64,000 nucleotides of DNA, taken from contig JBGPGO010000007.1 in assembly GCA_041483895.1 (NCBI GenBank), forward strand, positions 128,001 through 192,000, read 5' to 3'. Source of the stretch: Fimbriimonadia bacterium. Its GTDB lineage: Bacteria; Armatimonadota; Fimbriimonadia; Fimbriimonadales; JABRVX01. Below the pieces are notes generated by a model that worked only from the letters and a program-made list of their open reading frames with translations, made no database searches and was not told the DNA's origin. Shown piece after piece: positions 54,981-64,000 of this stretch (the stretch's first letter is position 1; each line of letters opens with the position of its first letter). Position numbers and translations under genes: made by a program.

Positions 54981-56083
54981 TCGTCCAGATACTGATCATC
55001 GGCTTTGTCTCCCTACTGACCTCTCTGTTGCTGACCCCATTCGTCCGGAGGTGGGCGGTCGCAAAGGGGATCACGGACGATCCGGCTGACCCGCGCCGCA
55101 TGCACAAGACGGCGATGCCGCGTTGGGGCGGGCTGGCGATCGGCGCGGCTACCCTGGTTGGGGCGACGGTGGCCCGTTTTGGATTTGGTTTCGGTCAGGG
55201 ACCGGAGAGCACGGCATTCGAGGGCGTTCTGCTGGTCGGGGTTGCGGTCCTCCTGATGGGGGCGCTCGACGATAAGCTCGACTTCTCGGCAGGCACTCAG
55301 GCAATCTTCCTCCTGCTTTGCGGCCTCGTCGTGCAGCTATTTGGGGTTCAAATCACCGGAGTCTCAAGACCTTGGCATGGGCCAGGCGAATCGAATTGGT
55401 TCCCGCTCGGCAACTGGGCCTGGCCGGTCACCGCGATCTGGATGTTCGTCGTCTCCAAGACGATGGATACGATTGATGGATTGGACGGCTTGGCTGCGGG
55501 GATTGCCGCTATTTCCGCCACAACGCTTGCCATCTTGGCCCTTCAATATCACCCGCCCATGGCAGCCGCGGCGGCGCTGGCGGCTGCGGTTTGTGGGGCC
55601 TGCATCGGGTTTTTGCGGCACAATTACAATCCGGCAAAAATCATCATGGGCACTGGGGGAGCGCAGTTCCTCGGGTTTACCTTGGCGGGTCTGAGCGTCA
55701 TCGGGGCGTCCAAGACCGCGGCGGTGGTTACCGTCGGGATTCCCGTCCTGATCTTCGCAATTCCGATTTTCGACGCATTTTTCGTGGTTTTTCGGCGCAT
55801 TTTGCACCGACAACCGATATATAAGGCGGACAAACGCCACATTCACCATCACCTGATCAGCAAGGGACTTTCGCAACGCCAGACGGTTCTGGTGCTGTAT
55901 GCTGTTGCAATCGTCCTTTGCGCCACAGCGTTATGGATATTTGGGAAATCACGCGATGACAGACATTCAACCGGGCAGGTCGCCTCTTTCGGTACTAACA
56001 GTTTTCGGGACCCGGCCGGACGCCATCAAGATGGCGCCGGTTATCAAGGAGCTGGCGCGATTTCCCGATCAAGTACGGCTTAG
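54977..56083 (+). CDS. WecA/TagO (MraY family) undecaprenyl-phosphate GlcNAc-1-P transferase
   Basis: GALDD, DGLDGLA, NPAKIIMG and ADKRHIHH. Confidence 0.88.
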   Translation: MIVQILIIGFVSLLTSLLLTPFVRRWAVAKGITDDPADPRRMHKTAMPRWGGLAIGAATLVGATVARFGFGFGQGPESTAFEGVLLVGVAVLLMGALDDKLDFSAGTQAIFLLLCGLVVQLFGVQITGVSRPWHGPGESNWFPLGNWAWPVTAIWMFVVSKTMDTIDGLDGLAAGIAAISATTLAILALQYHPPMAAAAALAAAVCGACIGFLRHNYNPAKIIMGTGGAQFLGFTLAGLSVIGASKTAAVVTVGIPVLIFAIPIFDAFFVVFRRILHRQPIYKADKRHIHHHLISKGLSQRQTVLVLYAVAIVLCATALWIFGKSRDDRHSTGQVASFGTNSFRDPAGRHQDGAGYQGAGAISRSSTA

Positions 56084-57110
56084 GCTGGTCTCCAGCGGCC
56101 AGCATCGAGAGATGCTGCGGCAAGTGATGGACACGTTCGAAATCGAGCCGGATATCGATTTGGACATCATGCAGCATGGGCAGACGCTTGCGGGCATCCT
56201 CACTCGCTCGCTCAACGGTCTGTCCGAGGTTATTGCGGAGGGGAAGCCGGACCTTGTGATTGCCCAGGGTGACACAAGCACCACTTTCGCCGCCTCCCTC
56301 GCCTCCCATTATAATCGCACCAAGTTCGCCCATGTGGAGGCGGGGCTGCGCACCCACGATCTGTACAATCCGTTTCCGGAAGAGGCCAATCGCCGTCTGA
56401 CCGCCCAGATTGCGGATTTCCACTTTGCGCCCACCGATCTTGCCCGCCGAAACCTGATTGCCGAGGGGATTTCAGAGGATCGAATCTGGGTCACCGGGAA
56501 TACGGGGATTGACGCTGTGAAGATCGCGGCCAACCGAATTCCGGACGCGGCGACGGGCAGCCGAATGGTGCTGGTTACCGCCCATCGCCGGGAAAACTGG
56601 GGAGAGCCGATGCGTGACATCTGCCGAGCCATTTTGCAGCTTCTCGATCGGTTCGAAGATATCGAGGTCGTGCTGCCGATGCACAAGAATCCCGATGTGC
56701 GGGCGATCCTTACCGACGAACTTGGGCATCATCCTCGCGTGAGTTTGACCGAACCGCCCGAATATGCGGAATTCGTGGCCCTTATGAAACGGGCGACTCT
56801 GATCCTCACCGACTCCGGTGGCGTGCAGGAAGAGGCGCCGGGGTTAGGGAAACCTGTGCTCGTGCTGCGAAAAACAACGGAACGGCCGGAGGGTTTGGGC
56901 GCGGGCGTCGCTCGGCTGGTCGGCACCGATCCGGCGGCTATCCTTTCGGAGGCCTCGGAACTTCTCTCTTCGGAAACGGCCTATCATCGCATGGCGCAGG
57001 CAGTCAACCCGTATGGCGATGGCCTTGCCTCGGCCCGAATACGGACCGCGATTTTCCAGGAATACAGCATCGCCTGCGATGCTGAACCGGTGGCGCAATG
57101 GCAATCATAG
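55956..57110 (+). CDS. wecB: UDP-N-acetylglucosamine 2-epimerase
   Basis: FGTRPDAIKMAP, GQHREM, HVEAGLRT, HRREN and DSGGVQEE. Confidence 0.95.
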   Translation: MTDIQPGRSPLSVLTVFGTRPDAIKMAPVIKELARFPDQVRLRLVSSGQHREMLRQVMDTFEIEPDIDLDIMQHGQTLAGILTRSLNGLSEVIAEGKPDLVIAQGDTSTTFAASLASHYNRTKFAHVEAGLRTHDLYNPFPEEANRRLTAQIADFHFAPTDLARRNLIAEGISEDRIWVTGNTGIDAVKIAANRIPDAATGSRMVLVTAHRRENWGEPMRDICRAILQLLDRFEDIEVVLPMHKNPDVRAILTDELGHHPRVSLTEPPEYAEFVALMKRATLILTDSGGVQEEAPGLGKPVLVLRKTTERPEGLGAGVARLVGTDPAAILSEASELLSSETAYHRMAQAVNPYGDGLASARIRTAIFQEYSIACDAEPVAQWQS

Positions 57111-58231
57111 ACACTCGCTCCTCTATGGGCTGGTTCGCGCCGCTGTGGAACGTGGTGTGGCGGGTTGCCATTGCCGTCGGCATCCTTTGGTTTTTATCCC
57201 GGATTCTCGGTGTTGTCGCGATGTTCTTGGTTTCCGGAGCCTTCGCCTACTTCGTCTGGCTCGGCGTCGGGTTCCTCATCCGCCTGAACTGGGGTCCGTT
57301 CAACCACTGGGGCGGAAAAGTGAAGCGGGTGATTGCGTGCATCCTCTGCTACATATTGCTAATTCTCTTCCTCTGGTTTGTGGGGGTTCAGATCTCCAAG
57401 CCGGTGAAGCAGGGTTTTGCCACTCTGAAGGATAATTGGTCGAGCTACTCGGCAAGGTTTGCGGAGTACACGGCGGACGCGACGGACTTTTATGAAAAGA
57501 ATGTGCCGGAGCCGATTCGAAGTTTCCTTGGCGACTGGAGGCTGCATTTCTTCGACGAGCGCGCATCGGTCCCCGGGCAAGCTCCGCGTTCCCCGTTTGC
57601 ATGGATTTCAACGGTCGTGGAGTTGGTGCTGGTGCCGGTCCTCGCATTCTTTTTCATCGTCGATGGCCGGTCCATCAAGAAGGAAGTTCTTGAGCTGATA
57701 CCCAGAAATCGCGTCCGAAAAGCGCTCAAGATCTCCCAGGAAACAAACCAAGTGATGATCGCATACACCAAGAGTCAGGTCATTCTATGCGTACTTGCCG
57801 GACTGGTTACGTATGGCATCTTCTTGCTTCGCCCGGAATGGCGGCCGTATGCGGCGGTGGTAGGGATATATGCCGGATTGACCCGCGCGATTCCCCTCGT
57901 TGGACCCATCATAGGCGGCATTCCCATCATTTTGCTCGCGGGGGTGTCATCCGGCAGCCCCGTTGTGGCGGCATGGGTCACCGGCGGCTTTACAGCCATG
58001 CACTTCTTGGAGAGCAAGGCCGTCTTCCCTCTCATCGTCGGGCATCGGGTGGAGATGCACGCGGTGCTTGTCATCACATCGCTTCTTGTCGCCTACGAAT
58101 TCTTTGGAATTTTCGGGATGTTTTTCGGACCGCCGGTCGCCGCTATCGCGCGCAACGTGATCGTGGGATCGATACGCAAGCGGCGGAGCGTCGAGGCGAG
58201 GGTGACTCCGGAGCTTATGCGTGCCGGCTGA
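57098..58231 (+). CDS. AI-2E family transporter
   Basis: FFFIVDG, IPLVGP and FGIFGMFFGPP pattern. Confidence 0.85.
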   Translation: MAIIDTRSSMGWFAPLWNVVWRVAIAVGILWFLSRILGVVAMFLVSGAFAYFVWLGVGFLIRLNWGPFNHWGGKVKRVIACILCYILLILFLWFVGVQISKPVKQGFATLKDNWSSYSARFAEYTADATDFYEKNVPEPIRSFLGDWRLHFFDERASVPGQAPRSPFAWISTVVELVLVPVLAFFFIVDGRSIKKEVLELIPRNRVRKALKISQETNQVMIAYTKSQVILCVLAGLVTYGIFLLRPEWRPYAAVVGIYAGLTRAIPLVGPIIGGIPIILLAGVSSGSPVVAAWVTGGFTAMHFLESKAVFPLIVGHRVEMHAVLVITSLLVAYEFFGIFGMFFGPPVAAIARNVIVGSIRKRRSVEARVTPELMRAG

Positions 58232-58345
58232 CCACAATGCTCGTAGCAGCGGGTTCGATCCCCGGCCCCTTCCTCGGCCACCCACCCTCATACCCGCTGA
58301 ATGGGGAGTTATGATGCGACACATGGATCCGCGACTACAAGGGGT

Positions 58346-59170
58346 ATGTTGATGGAGAGTTGGCTTGCGGCATCGCTGCTCGGACTGATTCAAGGTCTCA
58401 CAGAATTTCTTCCCGTCTCGAGCTCCGCTCACCTTATCCTCGCCCGTGACTATTTTCACTGGTCGCTCGGCAGTGAGAACCTCGATCTCACTTTCGACGT
58501 AATGCTGCATCTAGGCACTATGCTGGCGGTCGTCGCCTATTTTCGCAAAGACATCTGGCGATTGTTGACCGGCCTTTTCTCTTCCGATCCCGAACGGCGG
58601 CCGGACAAGAAGATGGCGATCTACATTCTTCTGGCCACCATTCCGGCGGGCCTTTTCGGCGCGCTGTTCGAGCAAAAGATCGAGGATTATTTCCGATCGC
58701 GCGTGCCGGTCATCCTGATTTTCCTCGCGGTCATGGGAATCGTTATGTGGCTTGCCGACCGGTATGGAAAGAAAGCCCGGGACGAAGAGAGTGTCGGATT
58801 CGGGGATGCCATGTTGATTGGCATTGCGCAGGCGGCCGCGTTGATGCCCGGCGTGTCTCGATCGGGTGGGACGATCACGATGGGCCTCTTTCTGGGGTTG
58901 AACCGAGCATCCGCCGCGCGGTTCAGCTTTCTGCTGTCTACGCCCGCCGTTATTGGGGCGGGACTTTGGAAGCTGAAGGACCTGCGGGGTATGCAATTGC
59001 CGCCCGGCGCCGGCCTGAATATGGTGATCGGCGTGATCGTATCCGCGATCGTTGGCTTTGCCACCATCGCGTTGCTTCTCCGGTTCCTGCGGGAGCGGAC
59101 AGTGCTTGTCTTCACCGTCTACCGGGTCCTACTAGCCGTGGTCCTGTATTTTGCCTTGGTTGCTAGATAA
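58346..59170 (+). CDS. uppP: Undecaprenyl-diphosphate phosphatase
   Basis: QGLTEFLPVSSSAH and PGVSRSG. Confidence 0.95.
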   Translation: MLMESWLAASLLGLIQGLTEFLPVSSSAHLILARDYFHWSLGSENLDLTFDVMLHLGTMLAVVAYFRKDIWRLLTGLFSSDPERRPDKKMAIYILLATIPAGLFGALFEQKIEDYFRSRVPVILIFLAVMGIVMWLADRYGKKARDEESVGFGDAMLIGIAQAAALMPGVSRSGGTITMGLFLGLNRASAARFSFLLSTPAVIGAGLWKLKDLRGMQLPPGAGLNMVIGVIVSAIVGFATIALLLRFLRERTVLVFTVYRVLLAVVLYFALVAR

Positions 59171-59198
59171 TCGCCCAGCGGGTTATAATATTAGAAGT

Positions 59199-59474
59199 AT
59201 GAAAAGTTACGATGAGGTAGTGGCGGCGGCTCGTAGCCTGCCGAAGGCCGATCAAGCAAGACTCTTGCGTGAACTGCAGGTTGAGTTGCACAATGAATCG
59301 GTTAGTCGCCGTGGCGGCCTTACAACCGACCATCCTCGAACACCCGAGCTGCAGGTCAATCCTAGGGCAAGTTGGCTGGATTACATGGGCATTGCACCAT
59401 ACCCCTTGGTAGGGATGGACGCGCAGGAATGGGTCACGAAACTGCGTGAAGAATCTGATCGAACCATTCCGTAA
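59199..59474 (+). CDS. Putative antitoxin of a PIN-domain TA pair
   Basis: Small ORF TAATG-coupled to a PIN gene; C-terminal GMDAQEWVTKLREE. Confidence 0.7.
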   Translation: MKSYDEVVAAARSLPKADQARLLRELQVELHNESVSRRGGLTTDHPRTPELQVNPRASWLDYMGIAPYPLVGMDAQEWVTKLREESDRTIP

Positions 59475-59914
59475 TGCAACCCTCCATGTTTGATGGCATC
59501 GATTCCATTTTGATAGACACCGCGCCTGTGACATACCTCATCGAAAGACATCCCACATACGAGGCGCTGGTAGCTGCGCTTTTTGCGTAGTTGGAGCAAC
59601 GAGACATCCGTCACATTACGACACCCATCACATTGTATGAGTGCATTCGCGGGGTCGTTTCACAGGCCATTGAAAGCGAATTCGTCGCATTGTTGACTGA
59701 CGGGCCGCAGACAGTCTTCACAGCAATTGATGTGGTTACATCTCTCAATGGGGCGAAGTTAGGCCAGAAGTATGGTTTGCGATTGCCCGATGCGATGCAA
59801 GCGGCTATCGCCATGGATACCGGCTGTCAAGCTATTCTGACGAACGATAAGGAGTTTAGGAAACTGCCCATGATCAAGTCTTTCGTTCTTGATGAACTGA
59901 TGCAAAATCCTTAG
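59474..59914 (+). pseudogene. vapC: VapC PIN-domain toxin interrupted by an in-frame TAG
   Basis: ILIDTAPVTY..ALFA*LEQR..ITLYE..LRLPDAMQAA..LTND; stop at 59588-59590. Confidence 0.85.
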
Positions 59915-61281
59915 TCCTGCCTTAATTCACGGAGCAAGCTGGGCGCGGCGTGGGGTGGTGGATTGTTCAGGCCCTTGAACTCCTCCTCAAACACGCCCCA
60001 CAGATTGTCCTTGATGATATAGCTGGCATCGAAGACGCTGATGCCAAGGGTATTCTCGCGCGCCGCCCGGATCGCTTTGCGGAGCTGATCGGGAGTCTTG
60101 TAGTCGTTTAGGTAGATCGTCCCGTAGATAAACGCCGATGCTCCGGCCACTTCGACGGCTCGCTGACAGGCCCCGGCAACCGTCTGCAGCTTGTTGTCCG
60201 GCTGCTCGTATGGCTCGGCGGAGGAATAATATGCGCCGACGCAAAGAAAGTCCAAGAAATCGGCCTCGCCGGTAAATCGCATCTCCGGTTCGGCATTCGG
60301 ATACTGGACGGGTAGCAGGTCGCTCGCCCAGTTCACACCGACACTCTCATACTTATCATACCAAGCCCCGACATAACATCCGACGGGCACAGAGCTTCCG
60401 GCAGCGTACAGTTCTTGCCGGAGATCGCCGACAAAATCGCGGATGATGGAGGTTCGCAGAAGCTGATATTCCGGCCAGCGCGGACCCCGCCGTGGTGGTT
60501 CGCCATGCTTCAGCGGTGGGAGCAGAATGCTGCCCGGCCAGAACCCCGGCTCGCCAAATCTCCCGGTAAACGCCTGGTGCATCTCCGCGCTAAAGTCGCC
60601 ACCAATGCCTTCGAAGCGAAGGCGGTCGTCCATCACCAGCCCATCCACGGGGTAGTTCTTCGCGACCTCAATCATAATCGCCATCTCGCGCTTGCGGACG
60701 GCTTCATTAAGTGGATTCACGAAGAGAGGAATATTGCGCTTCGGCTGCTTGAGAACCGATTCAAGCTCTAGCCGGGCTACGCCATCTGTCCAATACGGAA
60801 CCGCGACGATGGAAGCCCATTCCGGGTGATTCCAAATGTCGCCCGCACGATCGAATGACGAATGGCCCTCGCTGAAGATGGCGAAGTTGGCGAGGCAGCG
60901 CAAGCCAACTGCGTGCGCCTCTCTTACCATCGTACCCAGGACGTCCATCCCCGCCGGCATCTGGATGCCCTTCCACGTGGTCATCTGTGTCGCGATGGCC
61001 GACGGATAGAGCGTATAGCCGACAATCGGCTTCGCGTCGATGATTACCTCGTTGAATCCCGCCTTTTTGGCATTGGCGCAGAATTCCTTGATTTTCTCCG
61101 GGTACACCAGCCAATACCAGTTCGCGGAAGCGTCGACCCAAATTTGGCGAGCCTCAAGACCGATTTTCTTGGCGCGCTGAAAAAGGGCGGGAGGCCCCTG
61201 TGAAAAACACTGGGTACCGACGAGCGCAGCCAGCGCCGACAAACCTAACGAGTACAGCCTGATGATGACCCTTCCCCACAT
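59911..61281 (-). CDS. Glycoside hydrolase-like family 10 (GHL10/DUF187) protein
   Basis: RQIWVDA, TLYPS, EAHAVGL, FVNP and NYPVDGLVMDD; start uncertain. Confidence 0.78.
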   Translation of the reverse strand: MWGRVIIRLYSLGLSALAALVGTQCFSQGPPALFQRAKKIGLEARQIWVDASANWYWLVYPEKIKEFCANAKKAGFNEVIIDAKPIVGYTLYPSAIATQMTTWKGIQMPAGMDVLGTMVREAHAVGLRCLANFAIFSEGHSSFDRAGDIWNHPEWASIVAVPYWTDGVARLELESVLKQPKRNIPLFVNPLNEAVRKREMAIMIEVAKNYPVDGLVMDDRLRFEGIGGDFSAEMHQAFTGRFGEPGFWPGSILLPPLKHGEPPRRGPRWPEYQLLRTSIIRDFVGDLRQELYAAGSSVPVGCYVGAWYDKYESVGVNWASDLLPVQYPNAEPEMRFTGEADFLDFLCVGAYYSSAEPYEQPDNKLQTVAGACQRAVEVAGASAFIYGTIYLNDYKTPDQLRKAIRAARENTLGISVFDASYIIKDNLWGVFEEEFKGLNNPPPHAAPSLLRELRQD

Positions 61282-61771
61282 TCTGTCTGGAGCCGCAATC
61301 GGCCGCCGGGTCCGACCGACCTGGATCGCGTGCATCGCCGCTTACTCCAGCCACTTCATTTTGGACCATTATCCGCATCTGGAACCACTGCGCGAGTGGC
61401 CTATGTGGCAACGAACGCTATTTGGCTATTCGGATGCCGCCATAGCCATCATCATGCTTGCTCTGGTTATCCGATGGAATCGGGAGCGATGGCTGCCCAT
61501 TGTTCTCTGTGCTTTTCTGGCCGATTGGCCGGACATTATGCGCTCCATTCCCGTCGTGTCTCCGTGGCTTATCGAAATGCCGATATGGAAGCAGATGAAC
61601 GACTTTCACAACAGCTTCCACGCGCAGACCGTATGCGCGACATGGTACACGGGACTCTGGGGACAGGTGTTGGTGATATGGATCTCCATGTGGCTATTGC
61701 GGCCCAAATCGAGGGATTCGCACCCTCAGCTCTTAGCGGTGGCGAAGCGTTCGACCGGAGATGGAACCTAG
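61262..61771 (+). CDS. Membrane protein with a His/Asp motif (metal-dependent hydrolase-like)
   Basis: TLPHILSGAAIG, SHFILDHYPH, WPD and FH..H. Confidence 0.65.
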   Translation: MMTLPHILSGAAIGRRVRPTWIACIAAYSSHFILDHYPHLEPLREWPMWQRTLFGYSDAAIAIIMLALVIRWNRERWLPIVLCAFLADWPDIMRSIPVVSPWLIEMPIWKQMNDFHNSFHAQTVCATWYTGLWGQVLVIWISMWLLRPKSRDSHPQLLAVAKRSTGDGT

Positions 61772-64000
61772 CTGGCTCCGGCGCACAAATGCCGGCGCTT
61801 CGGCAAAGTCCGCCGAAACGTTAACTGTCACCGCAAGGGCGTCCGCAACCGTCCAATCCGCGGTAAGATTGCCGGCCGCCTCGACGATCGCCGCATCGCA
61901 CTTCGATTTGAAGTCGTCGAAATATGTTTTGAGGAGCGCCATCGCCTTCTTGTCTCCCAGCAGCGGCGAGCCTTTTTTCGTGGCAAAATTGAACAGTTGC
62001 GCCGCCGTCTCGGCATTCCCCTTGAGCCACTCCGCCGCCGCGACGATGGCGACCTTCCGATATCGCCACGGACCCAAGTGCAGCCACTCCAGATCGCCGG
62101 GGATTCCCGACATCATCGATAGGGCGTCGTTCGGCCGTCCGCGGGCCAAGGCGACGTAGGAGCATGCGAACAGATACGGTAGGCGAATGATCAGGGTTTC
62201 CGAATTTGCCAGCCACCGATAGGCTTTCTGGCAATGGGACTCGGCCAGCTCGACATTTTCTTGCAGCAGAGCCAATTCCGCGGCGCGTGAATAGGAGGAG
62301 CACGCCACGACGGCATCTTCCATCTCCTCCCCCATCGCGATCGCTTGCATGCACCATTCCGAAGACCGATCGTAGTTCCCCAAGATCATCTCGCAATCCA
62401 CATACAGGTTGAGCGCCCAGTAGGCCACAGCCTGGTCCAGCTCCTCTATATCCGAAAGGTCGGTGTTGTCCAGGATTCGCTTGGCGTCTCTGGCATCCCC
62501 GCGAAGCAGCGACAGTTCCGCCATGCGAACCTGCGCTGCCGCAACGACACTGGCATCGCCGCACGACTTGGCGGCCTCGACCGCAATCCGCATGGATTCA
62601 ACTGCCTCATCGATGCGGTTCTCCTCGGCATGAAACAGGCTTTCGTAATGCTTGTGTTGGAAGACCAGCAATGCTTCCCCGGTTTCTTCCGCCATGGCCG
62701 CAACTTCGCCGAGCAAGGAGAGCCGAAGGTCCGGTAGGAGCACGGAACCGACGGTCAGATAGGCAGAGGTTCTCCAGTTCTGAGCCAGCTCTCTCAGCAA
62801 GGCCAGGGCCTCCTCGATCGCCGCCCCAGCCTGATCTTCCTTGATATGAGTAGTCAGGCACAGAGCGCCGTACATGAACAGGCAATGCGCTGTGTCCTCC
62901 GGTGGGCGATGGGTTCGAATCTTATCTAGATTTTCTTCCAACATCTTCCGGCTTTCGCTTAGCGGGAACGGAAGGTGGGGCAATCGGAGCTTCATGACTG
63001 CCGCAATGTAGTCCGCGATGAGCTTATCATCGTCCAATTCGAAGGCATACCGGCCGGCTGCCCGAATCTGGTCGGCGGCCCGGACCAACTTCTTCACGCC
63101 GCTTACCGTCAACCCGTCGAGTTCTCTGCCACAGATTTGCTCGATCAGATTCGTAAAGTACATGATATGCCGGCGCTTGAGCTCTTGGACCCGCTCATGG
63201 TCCTTTACTTTTCCCAGACCGTATTCCCGCAGGCTTTCCAACATGCTAAACCGCACTTCGCCGCCCAACTCCACTGTCCTCACCAGCGACTTATCGCGCA
63301 GCGCCGCCAGATCTTCCAGGATCTGATCGCACCCGGTAACCGCCTTGGCGGCTTCGATGGAGAAGGGTCCGTCCAGGACGCTCAGCTCGCGAAAGTTGAG
63401 CTGCTGCGATTCCGTGAGACCATCGTAACTCCAATCGATGGCTGCCATCAGCGAGCGCTGCCGTTCCTCGACATCGCGGGCGCCGGTCGCCAAGAGGGCA
63501 AATCGGTCGTCGAGCCGCTCCAATATCTGCTTCGGCGTGAAAATTCGGGCTTGGGCGGCGGCAAGTTCGACGGCAAGGGGCAGACAATCGAGGCGGCGGC
63601 AGATCTCCTCGACAGTCCATCGCTGGTCGGCGCCGAGGCTGTAGGACGGCCGGGAGCGTTGGGCGGTGGCTTCGAACAGGCGTACAGCATCGACCGTGTT
63701 GAGAACATCGACAACGTATTCATGTTCGCCCGTCAATTGAAGCAGTTCCCTGCTGGTCACGACCTGCTTGATCCCTTGGCAGCTTCGCATCAAGGCGGCA
63801 ACCAGAGATGCCGTGGCCATCTGGTGCTCGAAGTTATCCCAGATGAGGAGCGATTCTTTGCCACATAGCCGTTCTGCCAAGGCTTCCACCGGATCACCCT
63901 CCGGAGCGCTCATGTGCATCGCCGCCATCGCGCGGGCGGCCAGTTCGGCGTTACCGGCATTTGGGGGAATGTGCGATAGTGATACCCACCAAACACCGTG
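61733..64000 (-). CDS. STAND-type ATPase with winged helix and TPR repeats; N-terminus beyond the right edge
   Basis: LLIWDNFEH, VTSRE, ICRRLDCLPLAVELAAA, IDWSYD and LRDKSLV. Confidence 0.85.
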   Translation of the reverse strand, partial: HGVWWVSLSHIPPNAGNAELAARAMAAMHMSAPEGDPVEALAERLCGKESLLIWDNFEHQMATASLVAALMRSCQGIKQVVTSRELLQLTGEHEYVVDVLNTVDAVRLFEATAQRSRPSYSLGADQRWTVEEICRRLDCLPLAVELAAAQARIFTPKQILERLDDRFALLATGARDVEERQRSLMAAIDWSYDGLTESQQLNFRELSVLDGPFSIEAAKAVTGCDQILEDLAALRDKSLVRTVELGGEVRFSMLESLREYGLGKVKDHERVQELKRRHIMYFTNLIEQICGRELDGLTVSGVKKLVRAADQIRAAGRYAFELDDDKLIADYIAAVMKLRLPHLPFPLSESRKMLEENLDKIRTHRPPEDTAHCLFMYGALCLTTHIKEDQAGAAIEEALALLRELAQNWRTSAYLTVGSVLLPDLRLSLLGEVAAMAEETGEALLVFQHKHYESLFHAEENRIDEAVESMRIAVEAAKSCGDASVVAAAQVRMAELSLLRGDARDAKRILDNTDLSDIEELDQAVAYWALNLYVDCEMILGNYDRSSEWCMQAIAMGEEMEDAVVACSSYSRAAELALLQENVELAESHCQKAYRWLANSETLIIRLPYLFACSYVALARGRPNDALSMMSGIPGDLEWLHLGPWRYRKVAIVAAAEWLKGNAETAAQLFNFATKKGSPLLGDKKAMALLKTYFDDFKSKCDAAIVEAAGNLTADWTVADALAVTVNVSADFAEAPAFVRRSQLGSISGRTLRHR

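Noticed and set aside
58244..58300. tRNA or tRNA fragment (GGGTTCGATCCCC)
   Set aside because: Only a T-loop-like motif is present, with no D arm, anticodon arm or acceptor stem. An alternative CAGCGGGT/ACCCGCTG pairing explains the region.
59588..59590. Pyrrolysine or amber recoding
   Set aside because: TAG ends many normal genes in this window and no pyl genes are visible.
1..64000. Transposase, integrase, prophage, rRNA or a defence island
   Set aside because: No recognisable motifs apart from isolated fic, vapBC and a regulator-type STAND ATPase.

Overview
GC-rich bacterial chromosome segment. Armatimonadota (Fimbriimonadia-like) origin is inferred from a DUF1559-like prepilin, a fused solute-binding/permease gene and dockerin-like C-termini. 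From left to right: (1) an anaerobic/nitrogen-oxide cluster with a partial type II DMSO-reductase-family Mo enzyme, split feoB, a Cys-rich protein, feoA, CMD, mobA, a Crp/Fnr regulator, nnrS and narK, linked by four TATGA-N6-TCAYA boxes; (2) a LacI-controlled probable beta-1,2-glucan locus (GH144, ABC, GH94, secreted tandem-domain protein, prepilin-like protein, small membrane peptide) with six operator copies; (3) a MoxR/DUF58/vWA/DUF4159/tetraheme cytochrome/thioredoxin operon; (4) leuBACD with an unannotated attenuator and an apparent ilvB relic; (5) assorted envelope and CAZyme genes, trpA, fic with an upstream 73-bp repeat array, wecA/wecB/uppP, a vapBC pair with an amber-interrupted toxin, and a partial STAND ATPase. 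The most striking unexplained structure is several families of short palindromic elements. These occur between genes, nested inside each other, and in frame inside at least five protein-coding genes. No rRNA, complete tRNA, CRISPR array or transposase was seen. All family assignments come from motif recognition by eye, not from database searches.
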